The notes under the pieces are model-generated. The model did not search any database. It had not been told where the DNA came from and saw nothing but the letters and a program-made list of their open reading frames with translations. From Atractiella rhizophila (lineage: Eukaryota), in NCBI GenBank assembly GCA_021432655.1, contig MU271487.1, forward strand, positions 1 through 53,899: a DNA stretch of 53,899 nt, given 5' to 3'. The stretch's first letter is position 1. Each line of letters begins with the position of its first letter. Below are positions 33,986 through 45,227 of this stretch, in pieces. Position numbers and translations under genes: made by a program.

Positions 33986-36900
33986 CTACTCCTCCCCAGC
34001 CTTTGAGGAGATACCTTTGACGGTCGTCTGACTTGGACTCTTCTTAGCGTTGTCAAGGACATTTGACAGCCTATCCCTCCGCCCTTCAGCCTGCTGAACC
34101 TGCTTCTCCAATCCCCTAATAGTCTCATTGAGCTCCGAGACCCGCTCTTTCGCTCCTTGCCGTTCCCTCTTCACCTTCTCCTCCGCAGCCTTCAGACGAC
34201 CCTCCAACTCTTTCAGTCGTGCCTCCCACTTCCCCTCAGCGACGGAAACTTTGATTCGCGCATCTTCCAGCTTCTCCTCCGCCATCGAGAGCTGGTTCTG
34301 CGTCTGATTCAGCTTTCTTTCGGCAGTCGAAGCTTTCGCTTGAAGAGCAGAAATCTTTGCCCCACTTCCGGGTTCGGTGCCACTCGAAACACGGGATTTG
34401 AGTGAGGTGATCTGATAATTCAACTCGGTATTCGTGCCTCGAACCGCTTCGAGTTCCGCTGACTTGGCTTGCAAGCGTTGGCGCCATTGCTTCTGCATGT
34501 CGGTCGCTGTCTTGATGGAGTTTTCGAAACGGTCAAGTTGGCGGAGCCTTGCTTCTTGCTGCTTCTTCAGCGACCTGTACTGTGTATGAGTGACAAATGA
34601 GGGGAGTTGGGAATACAACAACGAACATGAATTGATCAAAGAACTTGGTCTCCAGTTCCTTAGCTCGCTTCTCAAATGTCGTTCTCAAGTTTCCAATCCC
34701 CTTCATACGGTTCATGAGGTTATCCTGGAAGACATCGAAATTTGAGTATGGTTTCGCCTCTTGCTGTCCAGGTTTTCGCTAGAACACCACATCAATGCTT
34801 CCTCTGCCAGTAAAAGAAAAATGACGAACAGGTGTCCATTCGGACCCTGCGATCTTGTCGAGGTATTGGTAAACAGTTAGGAGTAGAGTATTTCTCTCCG
34901 TCAGTTGGTCTCGGTATTGATGTTCGGCTTTCGTGAGGTTCTTCGTATCTGCGGCAAGCTGATGTTCAAGCGCACTGGCGCGCTCCTTGGCGACGGCGAG
35001 CTCAGTTTGTGCATCTCGAAGGGACTGAAGCAAAAGTAATCAGCGAAAGCCCATCGCCAAGCTAGGAGGCAGTAAACCTTAGTTGTTTCGTCCAACTTAT
35101 CGGTAAGACTCAGCCTCGTCTGCGTTTGCGTTGCTAGCTGGCTGCTAAGATCTCGATTCTCCGAAGTCTGTCTCTCGATCAATACAAGGAAATCGAGGAA
35201 GAGTGAAACTGACGAGCGTAGAAACGGAGACACTCTTCTCTCTGAGATCTCGGTCTTTGACATCCAGCTCAGCTTGAACCTTTCTCAATTCCGCTTCGCA
35301 TCGAGAAAGGTCTCCTTTGAGACGCTCCAGCTCAAGTTCAAGAGACAAACGCGCTTCTGAATGAGTTGCACCAAGTTTCTTCGACTCGTTCTCGATGGAT
35401 TTCAGCCCATCCTGCACCTTTTGCAGATCAGCTTCACGGATCTCGAGCTTCTGTTTCGTCTGTGCGAAGTCAGATAAAGCTTGTGCAAGAGCCTGCACAA
35501 ACAAATCATCAGAGATCGAGGTGAGTGGTGAGTACCAACCTTCTCTTTGGATCTCAGGTTATTTTCCCACTTGGCCTCCGTCTCCCTCTTCTCCTTCTTC
35601 CACATCGCCAAATCGTCCTCACGGCGCTCTTCCATCTTCCTCAATTTGGCCAAAAGGTCGTCCCTTTCGTCTTCGAGCTTCCTTCGTGCCTCTCTGTCCT
35701 GACGCGACTTTTGCTCAAGTTCGGCGGTCTTGAGCGCAAGCTCTTCCACTCGTTCTCGGAGGAAGATAATCTCGCGTTCAGAGGTCTCGTTCTGGATCTT
35801 CACTTCGTTTAGACGGGATCTAGCGTTCGCGAGTTTCTACCGGAGCCCTCATCAGCTGAGGCAATGGAGTTGACGAAACACGAACCTCCTTGAGTGTCTC
35901 GACTACCTGTTCATGCTGCGCCTGCTTGTCCTCCAACTCCTTTTCGGCAGCGTCAAGCTCATTGTTGAACTCAATGAGTTTATTATCTTTCTGCTCCAAC
36001 TCATCCTCAAGAAGTTTGACTTGGTTGCCCAGCTGTGACATCAGTCAGTAAAGCAGTAGATGAAAGAAGGAGGAAAACGAACAGTCTTAAGATCTTCAGT
36101 GAGCGCAACTGCTTCCTTCTCCATCTCTTCCAAATCCTTCTCCTTCTCAGCCAACTGAGCTCGTGCCTCCTCCAATTGAGCAAGAGATTCTTCCAATCGA
36201 TCCGCATCCTCCTTCGAGACGGCGTCCAATTCCTCAAACTTCTCCACAAGTTCCTTAATCTCCTCTTCGCGATCCTCCACCATCTATCACCCATACCCGA
36301 ACGAGCAAACATTGAGCACCCGAAGAATATGTAGCAGAAGAGAGGGAGACGAACGAGAGCCATTTCCTCCTTTGCAGCCCGCGCCTCGTCAATCTCAGCC
36401 TTCCAATCCTCTTCTGCCCGCTTCACCTCGTCTCCATGTTCCTGATCGCGCATATCAAGGTCGTGCATGAGGTCGTCTATCTCCTTCTCCTTCTGCTCAA
36501 GGCGCAGCTCCATCGCCGCAACCTTATCCCGGTACGCATTGATATCCTTTCGACGCACCCAACAATCAGCAAATAGAGTCAAGAATGAAAGTTGGGGGAT
36601 AACGAACATCTTCCATTTCCTCCCTGCTCCTCTCTCCATCCCCTCCATCGTCAATCATGCTCCTCGCCCTACTACCGGCTCGCTCTCGATCTCGTTCCCT
36701 CTTGACGCGCTCGAAATCGGTCTGTAATCGGCCATACTCTTCTTTGAGGACTTCAATCTCGTCGTACAGCTTCTCTTTCTCCGTATTCCGGGAGGTGAGC
36801 ATCGTAACCTGTGCGATCGTCTGAGATCGGAGGGACGCATTTTCCTGTGTCGAATTCATCCAAGTCAACACCACAACATGAAGACGACGCGGCGACACAA

Positions 36901-38664
36901 TGGTGATGAAGGAAGGGAAAGGAGAAATGAGTAATGAGCGCACCTGTTCGAGATCCGCCAACCTCCTCTCCAACCTCGCCACCTCCCTCCTCTCATCGCC
37001 CCCTCTCCCAGCCCTCCTCTCACTGCCCGACACCGCGCTTCCTCCCGCCTCACTCCTCCCATCCCACCTCGCATCGCTCAGTCTCGATCCCGCCCTCTTC
37101 CTCCTCCCCTCGACCGACATCGACATCGCATCCTCCTCCTCCAGACGCTCCAACGCCTCATCCAATCTCGCCCTCGCGACCTCCAACTCAGCCGCAAGGT
37201 CCTCCCTCTCCTCCCTCTCCCTATCCAGCTCAACCAACAACCTCTCGACCTCCTCATCCACCTCTCCCTCACTCATCCTTCCCCCCCTCCTCATCTCCCT
37301 CACCTGCTCCTCCAAATGAGCCCTCGTCTCCTTCTCCCGCCCATAATCCCTCTTCCACCTCGCCACCTCCCTCTCCAACTTCCCCACCATCTCCTTCTCC
37401 CCCCCATGTCCCGGCCGCAACCGCTCCCCGCTCTTCTGCTGCTTCTGTAACGTCTCCAACGCCCCCTGCGCCTCGAGCAAGAGCCGCTTGTACTTCTTCA
37501 TCTCCGTTCGTGCCGCTTGGAACTCGATTTTCAGCTCAATGTTCTCTTTCAGGGCGGCGTCGATCTGGTCGGGTGCGAGCTTGGCAAGTCGGTCTTCGAG
37601 GAAGAAGATCTTGAGCTTGAGATTGAAGTTTTCTTTCTTGACGGAGTCGATGACCTGTTTTCACTGTGTTAGAATCTTGGGTATTTTTATGAGAGATGGA
37701 GGAGGAGGGTCAGGAAAGAATAATGTATTATCGAAGCACTGTCTCGAAGAAACATAACTCAGAAATACTTCTTTGAGTGCTCATCAATTTGCTCCTCCTT
37801 CCCTCCAAAACCATCAACAAAGAAAAAAAAAAGACACACATTCTCCTGTTCCCTAAGCGTCATCTTATGCTTCCCCTTCCCCTTCCCCGCCTTCTCCTTA
37901 CTCGCACTCTTCAACCCATCGCTATAAAAGCTCTCCCCCTCCTTCTTCAACTCGAACCCATCTCCACTCTTCCACTCGCTCAGCTCCTTCAACTCCGTAT
38001 CCCCCTCTCCCTCCCTATACCGATCCAAATCGCTCCCCAGCCTGCGGAGGGAGAGAGACGTTTCTTCGCCCACATTGAGGGAGTTGGATGGCGGCGAAGG
38101 TTGCGGTTGAGCATGTATCGGCAATTTCTTCCGTCCATTCTCCTTCTCCTTCTCCTTCTCTTTCCGATCACGCTCGCGAGACTCTGGTTCTTTGGGAGCG
38201 GAAGGACGAGGCTGCCGAGCCTTGGTGAGGAAATAGGACGAATCGTCCTCCACACTCGTCGCCCGCGTCTCCGTCTCCGTCCCAACCCCATCGCCCGTAC
38301 TCGCACTCGAATCCCCAGGCGCAGACACCATGACCGCGCTATTCCTCTTCGTCGCCGGCGGGCGCTCACCCAACAAATCCTCCCCCTCCTCCTCCATATC
38401 CACATCCAAATCCTTCCCACCACCAGCCCCACTCATCTTTCGCATATGGCCATGCCCAAGCTCCTTCTCGCGCGCGCGGTTCCGCCGCTTCTCCAGCTGC
38501 GCGGCCTCGTACTCCTCCGCATCGAACGACTCGACGTGCGAGCCGAACGTGAGCTCGTTCCGGCCTAACGTGCGGTTCGGACGCGGCGTCTGGTTCGAGG
38601 GGTCGGGGTCGAAGGAGGACGAGTCGTCGTGGATGGTCGAGAGGCCGGGGAGGTACGTCGCCAT
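33986..38664 (-). CDS. Large coiled-coil gamma-tubulin complex receptor, Mto1/ApsB-like (CM1/Cnn_1N motif + C-terminal Mto2-binding/MASC-like region), multi-exon
   Basis: MTLREQEN-IDSVKKENFNLKLKIFFLEDRLAKLAPD (CM1); extended E/K/R heptads; C-terminal KWEARLKELEGRLKAAEEKVKRERQGAKERVSEL. Confidence 0.85.
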
Positions 38665-38876
38665 CTGCGTGGCCCAGTTGGTTGTTGGGCTGTGGATGTG
38701 AAGTGTGAAGGAAGGGAAGGGAAGTGCTGATGCTGATGATGGCGATCGTTGTTGGGCAAAACAAACGACGCGCCATCAGCATGCTGTCACGTGATGTCAT
38801 CGGGATTATACTATTCAGGAATGTTATTGCGTGTTGAATGTTTGATTGCACTTTACAGCACAGGTGGGAGAAGAAT

Positions 38877-40178
38877 TCAGTATGCGCGTCTATCCGCCTT
38901 CTTGCCCTTCAAGAACTCCTTCTCAGCCCTCTTCCTCCTCTTCCACTGTCCCTCCATCCTCCTCACCCTCTCCATCTTCTGCTCGCTAGTCACACCTACG
39001 CACCCAAGCGCAATTAACCATCACAGACAACTAGTGAGGATGAAGGAAAGAAGGGAGATGACAGACGCACCCCCCAATCCTCCCTCCCACGCCTCGCACA
39101 TGATCCTCCACAACCGCTTCTTCGCCTCCTCCCTATTCCCCGGCTGCGTCCGATGCTCCTGGGCCGATATCTGCAGCGATCCGTACGGCGGAGGACTCGA
39201 GATGTGGTGCGCCTACTTCAACCCTTTTGTTCAGAGCAAGGAATAAAAATGTAGTGGAGTAGAAGTGACGGACGGTGTGTTGGAGATTGTACATCACGTA
39301 TGGTGGCACTGAGAGACGTGAGAGGGGGAGAAGGAGGACCACTCGCGTGTTCACTGTTGCGTGGTGTGTGAGGGATGGGAGAGTGAAGGGAAGTGTTGCG
39401 AACCTTTGTTCACGTTTTGACCGCCGGGACCAGACGAGGTGGTGTATGAGAAGGAACATAGATCTGTACAGGAGACGTTAGAAATTCATGCACGCTCTGA
39501 ATCGAAATTGAAGCATCGAGCTCCACGAGTAATTATTCCTCGGGGAGTCAATATGCTAGATATACGAAAACGCAAAACCTCAATGGAAATCGACTGCCAT
39601 GTATTCTGCCTTCCAACCTTGCGCTGATGTCTACCCAAACGCTTCTTGTTGGAATAAATAATTTGCAGGGCTTGGACAAAAGGGAAAAGAGAAGTTGCAA
39701 CTTCATAAACGCGGCCGCTCCACTTCACTTTGTCTCCCTCACATCCAGCAGAACGCGACGCCGTGAACCATGTGGTCTATTTCCAGACCTAAAGACCTAA
39801 AGAAACGAAGATGAAAAGCCAGCATAACGAAAGAAAAAAAAGTGAAGCTAAACGAACAGAGAAAACATAAGAAGAAAAACAATCCAACACACCCTCCGGA
39901 ATGCCCTGCTTATGCGCCACTTTGAACGCTTCATACTCCTTCCACGCCATCTTGATGCCCTCATTATCCCTCGGCAGATACGGGTTCTCCTTCATTTTGG
40001 ACAGAGGGAGCGAACAAGAAAACTCTCTCCTTGAAGGAGAGCTGCCATAGAGGTAGCGAGACCCTACGGCGGTTCGTAAAGAGAGATATGACGCGGTTGT
40101 TTCTGCCTTTGCCCTTGGAATGGCCGTAACCAAATCATGGGAGATAAACCTGGACCGTAATATTAGGGGAATACTCAT
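38877..40178 (-). CDS. Mitochondrial ICT1/ArfB-type peptidyl-tRNA hydrolase (RF-1 domain, Pth4-like), multi-exon
   Basis: Spliced: presequence-like N-terminus, GIPEDLCSFSYTTSSGPGGQNVNKVNTRV (GGQ), SAQEHRTQPGNREEAKKRL, basic tail KRRKRAEKEFLKGKKADRRAY*. Confidence 0.85.
39597..39745 (-). ncRNA. Candidate intronic H/ACA-like structured RNA
   Basis: Within the 429-nt intron 39464-39892: hairpin, ANANNA box (AAATTA, 39659-39664), second hairpin (TTCCAAC/GTTGGAA stem), then ACA (39600-39602). Confidence 0.4.
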
Positions 40179-40644
40179 GAGCTGTCATGCAAATGGGTTA
40201 TGAAATCAACGTGACATGATCGGTGTTTGCCGTGCTTGCCGCGCGATCCGGCGCGGAGGGAACTTCAAGTCAGACTCAACTGCAATAACTGCTCGAGCTG
40301 GAGCGCTGAAACGCTGACGAAGTCTTAAGTGTACACCCAATCACTTTATCATCAATGTGCCGATAGCTCGTACAATGATCGATGGGTGTCTTGACCGATC
40401 CTCTCTGAGTGCGGTCGAACTTCACAATCTGGACTTTACATATTATTTCGATGAACTCTATAGATGAATATTACTGCTGATCCGTCCACATGTACCTGCG
40501 AACCCCCTCACACTGTAATCTTCCCACCGCATAACATTCTACCGCGCCAGACGCGATAACATCAACCTGGGTCAGTCGCCACCAGGGCAAAAGCTGACAA
40601 AGCTCTTCCAGCAGGAATTCCACGATTGACCCATACTTCCGCGA

Positions 40645-41940
40645 TCAGGGGAGGACGACTTCTTGGGGTGGGGGACCACCAGATGAGCAAGAAGCTTGCG
40701 TCCAAAGTGGGTGTCCTTTATAGCTCTGTACAGTCACCCCCTCCATTGTGAGCGCAAGTAAAGCTTTCTTGCTCATGCGGTCTTTCAGGCGCACGTTGGG
40801 GACATTCAAGCGTTGGAGTGCTTTCCAGGATCCTCCTTCGCATCTCAGCCTGTAAAGACATTGAAGGGTCACTTTAGTCGCGAAGCTATTCGTGAACTCG
40901 ACAGCCTCACGTCCTGTTCCGTCGGAGAAGAAGGTAAAATCCTGGATTGGACACGGAGAGAAGTAGAGGAGAATTTTAAAGATATCATGTAAGCCTAAGT
41001 ACTGTAACATGTTAGTGAGGGTGAGGGATGTCAACTTTGAGGTGGAACGTCCTAGGAACCAGTCAAGTGGAAAAAGTATGAAAAGGTTCAGTGTCGCAGT
41101 CTGACAGGGAACCCAGCAGCTGTAGAGCATCATTTCGAAGGGCCGGTCACGGAAATGACTGCTGCCATCGAGAATCAGCTCCTTCCCCTCAAGTTCCATG
41201 CCCGTCGCCGTCTTAAGCAGGGGGAAAGAAGAGAAAGTCCTGACAACCAATTTGTCCAGAGATTCCTTTCGATCCGAAAGCTCTTTCGAAGAGTGTCCTG
41301 GTATGAATGGACTCTGGACCCTGATGTTCTTGATAACACTCGGAGAGGAACAGGCAGCTCGAAGAAGGTTGATGAACAAGTCATTCGACGGATCGGCTGG
41401 GTCCATAACGTCATGGCGATGTACTATGAAGGAGAGGTCGAAAGCCGGACATAGGTTCAACGTCTCGAAGAGTTTGCGGACTTCAAAAGCCAACTCATCG
41501 TCAGTAATGCGTCTTTTGCGAAGATGTGATAGAAATTCAGGTTCGTCGTCCAGAAAAGTCAGCCCCAACATGCTGGCTTCCACCTCGAAGCAAATCTGTT
41601 GGATAGACAAAGGGTCAACTCGGTCAGTCCTGAGCAAATGTTGCAGAGTGACAGTGCAATTGTTGATAGTACGAGGGAGGGATTCAATGTCGTCCCATAC
41701 CGAAAAACCAATGCTCAGATATCTCACTTTTTGTAAAATATCGTTCGAAAGAGCTTGGAACTCTGCATCTGAATCCCACCACGTCGTGTTAAGGACCAAT
41801 GTGCGAAATATTTGGGAAAGTAGAGCATGTCGTAAACCCCAGTTACAGCAACTGAGGTCGATACAGTCGGACACGGAGAGGTGACTACCGATTTCGTTTA
41901 GAAGCTCGTTGGGGAGGTCGAGGAGGGACATTTTGAGCAT
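40645..41940 (-). CDS. Intronless F-box protein (N-terminal F-box, LRR-like C-terminus), unrelated to the four-copy family
   Basis: 431-aa ORF; LLDLPNELLNEIGSHLSVSDCIDLSCCNWGLR; LTSLTL, LQRLNVPNV. Confidence 0.8.
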   Translation of the reverse strand: MLKMSLLDLPNELLNEIGSHLSVSDCIDLSCCNWGLRHALLSQIFRTLVLNTTWWDSDAEFQALSNDILQKVRYLSIGFSVWDDIESLPRTINNCTVTLQHLLRTDRVDPLSIQQICFEVEASMLGLTFLDDEPEFLSHLRKRRITDDELAFEVRKLFETLNLCPAFDLSFIVHRHDVMDPADPSNDLFINLLRAACSSPSVIKNIRVQSPFIPGHSSKELSDRKESLDKLVVRTFSSFPLLKTATGMELEGKELILDGSSHFRDRPFEMMLYSCWVPCQTATLNLFILFPLDWFLGRSTSKLTSLTLTNMLQYLGLHDIFKILLYFSPCPIQDFTFFSDGTGREAVEFTNSFATKVTLQCLYRLRCEGGSWKALQRLNVPNVRLKDRMSKKALLALTMEGVTVQSYKGHPLWTQASCSSGGPPPQEVVLP

Positions 41941-42560
41941 GTTGTTTAGAAACGAGGTAGTAGATCCTCCCTCTTATAGTGATTGTAATGACATCCTGCT
42001 CTTTGTCCAGAGCCTTGTTGTCCTTGAGGAAGGACGTGGTAGAGCTAGATAAGAGCCAGATTGCCTTTGTACTGACCGCTCAAAGGAGTGTGAACGGGAC
42101 TCTTCTCTTTGTTCACAGCCTTGTGGTCCTTGAGAACGACATGGGTAGAGTAACAAGGTTGTAGAACCCTTGGTAGGAAGTGTTCGATGTATTGCTTGAG
42201 ACAACCTTGAAGCGTTCCGAAAGTAGGTTATGAGATTTTTGACTGACAACTTGAAGAATTGGACAATGTAGCCATCACACTGCAAGCAGAAAGGAAAAGT
42301 CCCAACGAGGCCAGCCAGAAGGCGAAAGAAGGCAAAGGGTTGGTGGAAGGTGAGATGAAGCGTGAGCGTTGGCGGAGCTCGATGCGAGGTGGAGCGAGAG
42401 GGTAGGTGAGCGAAAGGAGATGACAGAGGTGGAAAGGAGCGAGGGGCGGGCATTCTCCCGTCCTTCTGCAGTGCAGTCGTAAAGGCAATAGGCGCTAGAA
42501 GGATAATCTCTGTCGACATTCCAGAGCGGCATGTTCGCTTTCACGAACAACTAAGTGGGA

Positions 42561-44047
42561 TTACAGGCTTTCATGCCTCCAGAATATCCCAAACATGCTT
42601 TCAACACCAACGTCTCTGATGTATGACTTGGGACTCGTTTTTGTTTCTTTCTGTGCATGGTGTGTTTGCGTTTGTGGTTTGGCGGATGAGGGACAGCAGA
42701 GGATAGCGTATTCGAGGAGGGTCATGGGATCACGAAGGAAGAATTCAAGGTTGCAGATTGAACAAATGATACATTGTACCACTTTTTCGAACTTCGACTG
42801 CTGCTCTTTTAGTTTCCCCGGTTATTCCATCTTTGGAAATGCATGTGTCGTCGTCAACTTACAGCAATTCATCTACATACGAGTGAAGTCTAAGGAACAA
42901 GTCAAATAGGCTCCCCTACAATTGACACTTTCTGGCAGCCTTAGACGCTTTATCCCTAAAATACACACATATAAGCATCTCCTTTGCAATCGACAGTTCA
43001 ACTGGCGGAAACAAATAATGCAGTGAGGCTGATTCATGTCAGGTAGTATCAAACACTTGAATACCCTCGGCATGAATCTCCTTCGCCAAACATTCCGAAA
43101 GGTCGACCTGACGAAGGCTATTTAATTTATCCTTTGGTAGGCAAAGCTCGACCGTGTTCGCTCTTTGAAAGTCGCGACCATCATCGGTATGGTAGGTAGC
43201 ACAGATGGCAAACTTGAAATACAAGCCATGAGCTCGAGGATTAAGGGCTGGGTTAGACAATATCAGATTTCCTGAGCAGGCACGTGTGTGCCGACCGCAA
43301 GATAGAACGCACCTCTGACAAGGAAAGGGAAATTTGTTGGGATAAGGAAAGATAAATTTGTTGGGATATCCTCGCCGTCGCCAGTCTCACCCATTCGGTA
43401 TTCTACTCCGGTGTCAGTGCATCTCCTTTGCACTTTGTAACGAGGATCAGGAGAGGAATGGCTTGGGAGAGGAATGGTATCCGATATACTACATCAATGG
43501 TTACTTGAGAACTCTCCATTAGGTTCAAAGGAAATACTTACCTCCAGCTATCAGTACTGGAAACAGTGGAGTCGCTCATGCTAGAGATCACGGAGCAGGT
43601 GTAGGAGGTAGAAATTTTGGGGTGAAGGATGTCCAATCCGTTGTGAATGGCTAATCTGAAGGCGACTTCCCTGTTCACTATGTCAAAAATTCCGATGAAG
43701 TGGAGGAACCGACCGACGTTGTGCCATCGGTGCCACTGTTTGGTGTCAGCATCGGACATCAATACAAGAGTAGTGAAGACTGACAAACGGAAAGCATCTA
43801 TTGTCAATATATATCGAGAGGTCATCACATCCACGTCAAGCAATAGTGCTGGAAGGCTGTCTGGAATGCAGATTCCATGTTCAATGATTGCGCTTGGTAC
43901 CTCACAAAGGCTTGCCAGTTCATTCTCTAACTCATCCCAGCCTGTAAGTTCAAGAGTGAGCGAATGACGTTGACGATTGCTCATATTCTTTTTGGTGTTA
44001 TGGTAAAGATGGAAATTTAGGACGAGGGGGAGGCGGTTTATATGCAT
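42561..44047 (-). pseudogene. Possible decayed F-box/LRR-like gene
   Basis: Broken frames: MHINRLP-like start, LRQVDLSEC, KRLRLPES, LEFFL; many stops. Confidence 0.3.
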
Positions 44048-45227
44048 CGATAGAAACTAGGGTTTGGGAGAAAGAAAGCAGCCTGTAAAGATTCCTTTGT
44101 AGAATAGCTGCCTTTGTTGACGGAACAAGACCCCTTTGTTCACGGTCAAAACATTTCTGCATCTTCCACAAGTTGGATTTTTCACCTCTCCCCGTTGAGA
44201 AAGAATTAACTGCCATGCGAAGGCAAATCATGAAGATGCAAAGTTCATGCATTTAGTGAACGAGGGCGGAACAGCATTGCACAGAAAGGAGCAAGGGAAG
44301 TTTCAGCCCGCATACATGTTCTTCCTTTCACGATGAGATATCAAGCGAATGAGGTGTTATTTCTTTTGCCACCCGTATTTCTTGGATGTGAAAAAAGCGA
44401 ACCAAAATGGAGCAAATTGGACGTGCATGACGAAATGGATGGAGCACAAATGGAAAGCTCTCACCAAGGTGTCACTCTCTACTAAGCGGATTATAGTGAG
44501 AAGACCCGTATGTCATGTTGGATTTATATTCCAACACCAGTGTCACAACATTCAGAGCATCAGAACTGTAATGACTAAAGCATCTGATGAAATGAAACCA
44601 GTCTGCAGACTAGGGATACATTCATGCACCATGCATCAAGACACTTGTTGTCCTCTAGTTTTCCTTTCAAAACTTTCCTACAGCATGCCAGGTACTCAAG
44701 CCGATTCGAAAGACAGACCTTCATAACCCGTCATCTTTTGCATAGTTGCACATTCGCTTTCGTCCTCCTCACAAACCCGGACTCCTCATGTGGCTTCATT
44801 CTCAGCGTCAAGTTTCTACACTTCTTCCCAACCATCCTCCTCAGTATTCCTGTCCCGATCCTAATCCCCAAAGAAGCAGGCAATAAATGTTGAGTAACTG
44901 AACCATTCCGCGATGTGCGACATAGCTATGACTTCAATCACATCAGATGTTGACGGTGTGTGCAGAAAGACTGGGTACGAACGAGGCTCGAAGACTCTTC
45001 ACAATCAGTGAGGACAAAGGACGCCAGCTTCTTTGAGTGTGTGATAAGCTGAACGGGGGCGGTCCCTAAGGTCGGCATGCGGCGGTGAACACCACAAACT
45101 GACTCTGCTATCCATTCCTGTCCTGTCCCTAGTCACCAATTTCAATGTTGTGTTGGACGTAGGGGATACGAACTGCGCACCTGTTGTCATGTGTCCTTTA
45201 GAACGCGAGTGGAAAATGTGAACATCT

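Noticed and set aside
38787..38794. TCACGTGA E-box upstream of the Mto1-like gene
   Set aside because: Single 8-mer; could occur by chance without conservation data
36900..38851. Long antisense and alternative-frame ORFs (Pro/Ser- or Arg-rich)
   Set aside because: Shadows of the GAG/AGG-rich coiled-coil codons of the Mto1/ApsB-like gene
39785..39803. CCTAAAGA repeat considered as a telomerase-template-like motif, and TTATTCCA (near 39650) as an snR30/U17 m1 motif
   Set aside because: Does not match a TTAGGG template; the partner m2 motif is absent on the same strand
41974..42550. 181-aa minus ORF upstream of the F-box gene
   Set aside because: No recognisable features; likely 5' UTR or promoter sequence
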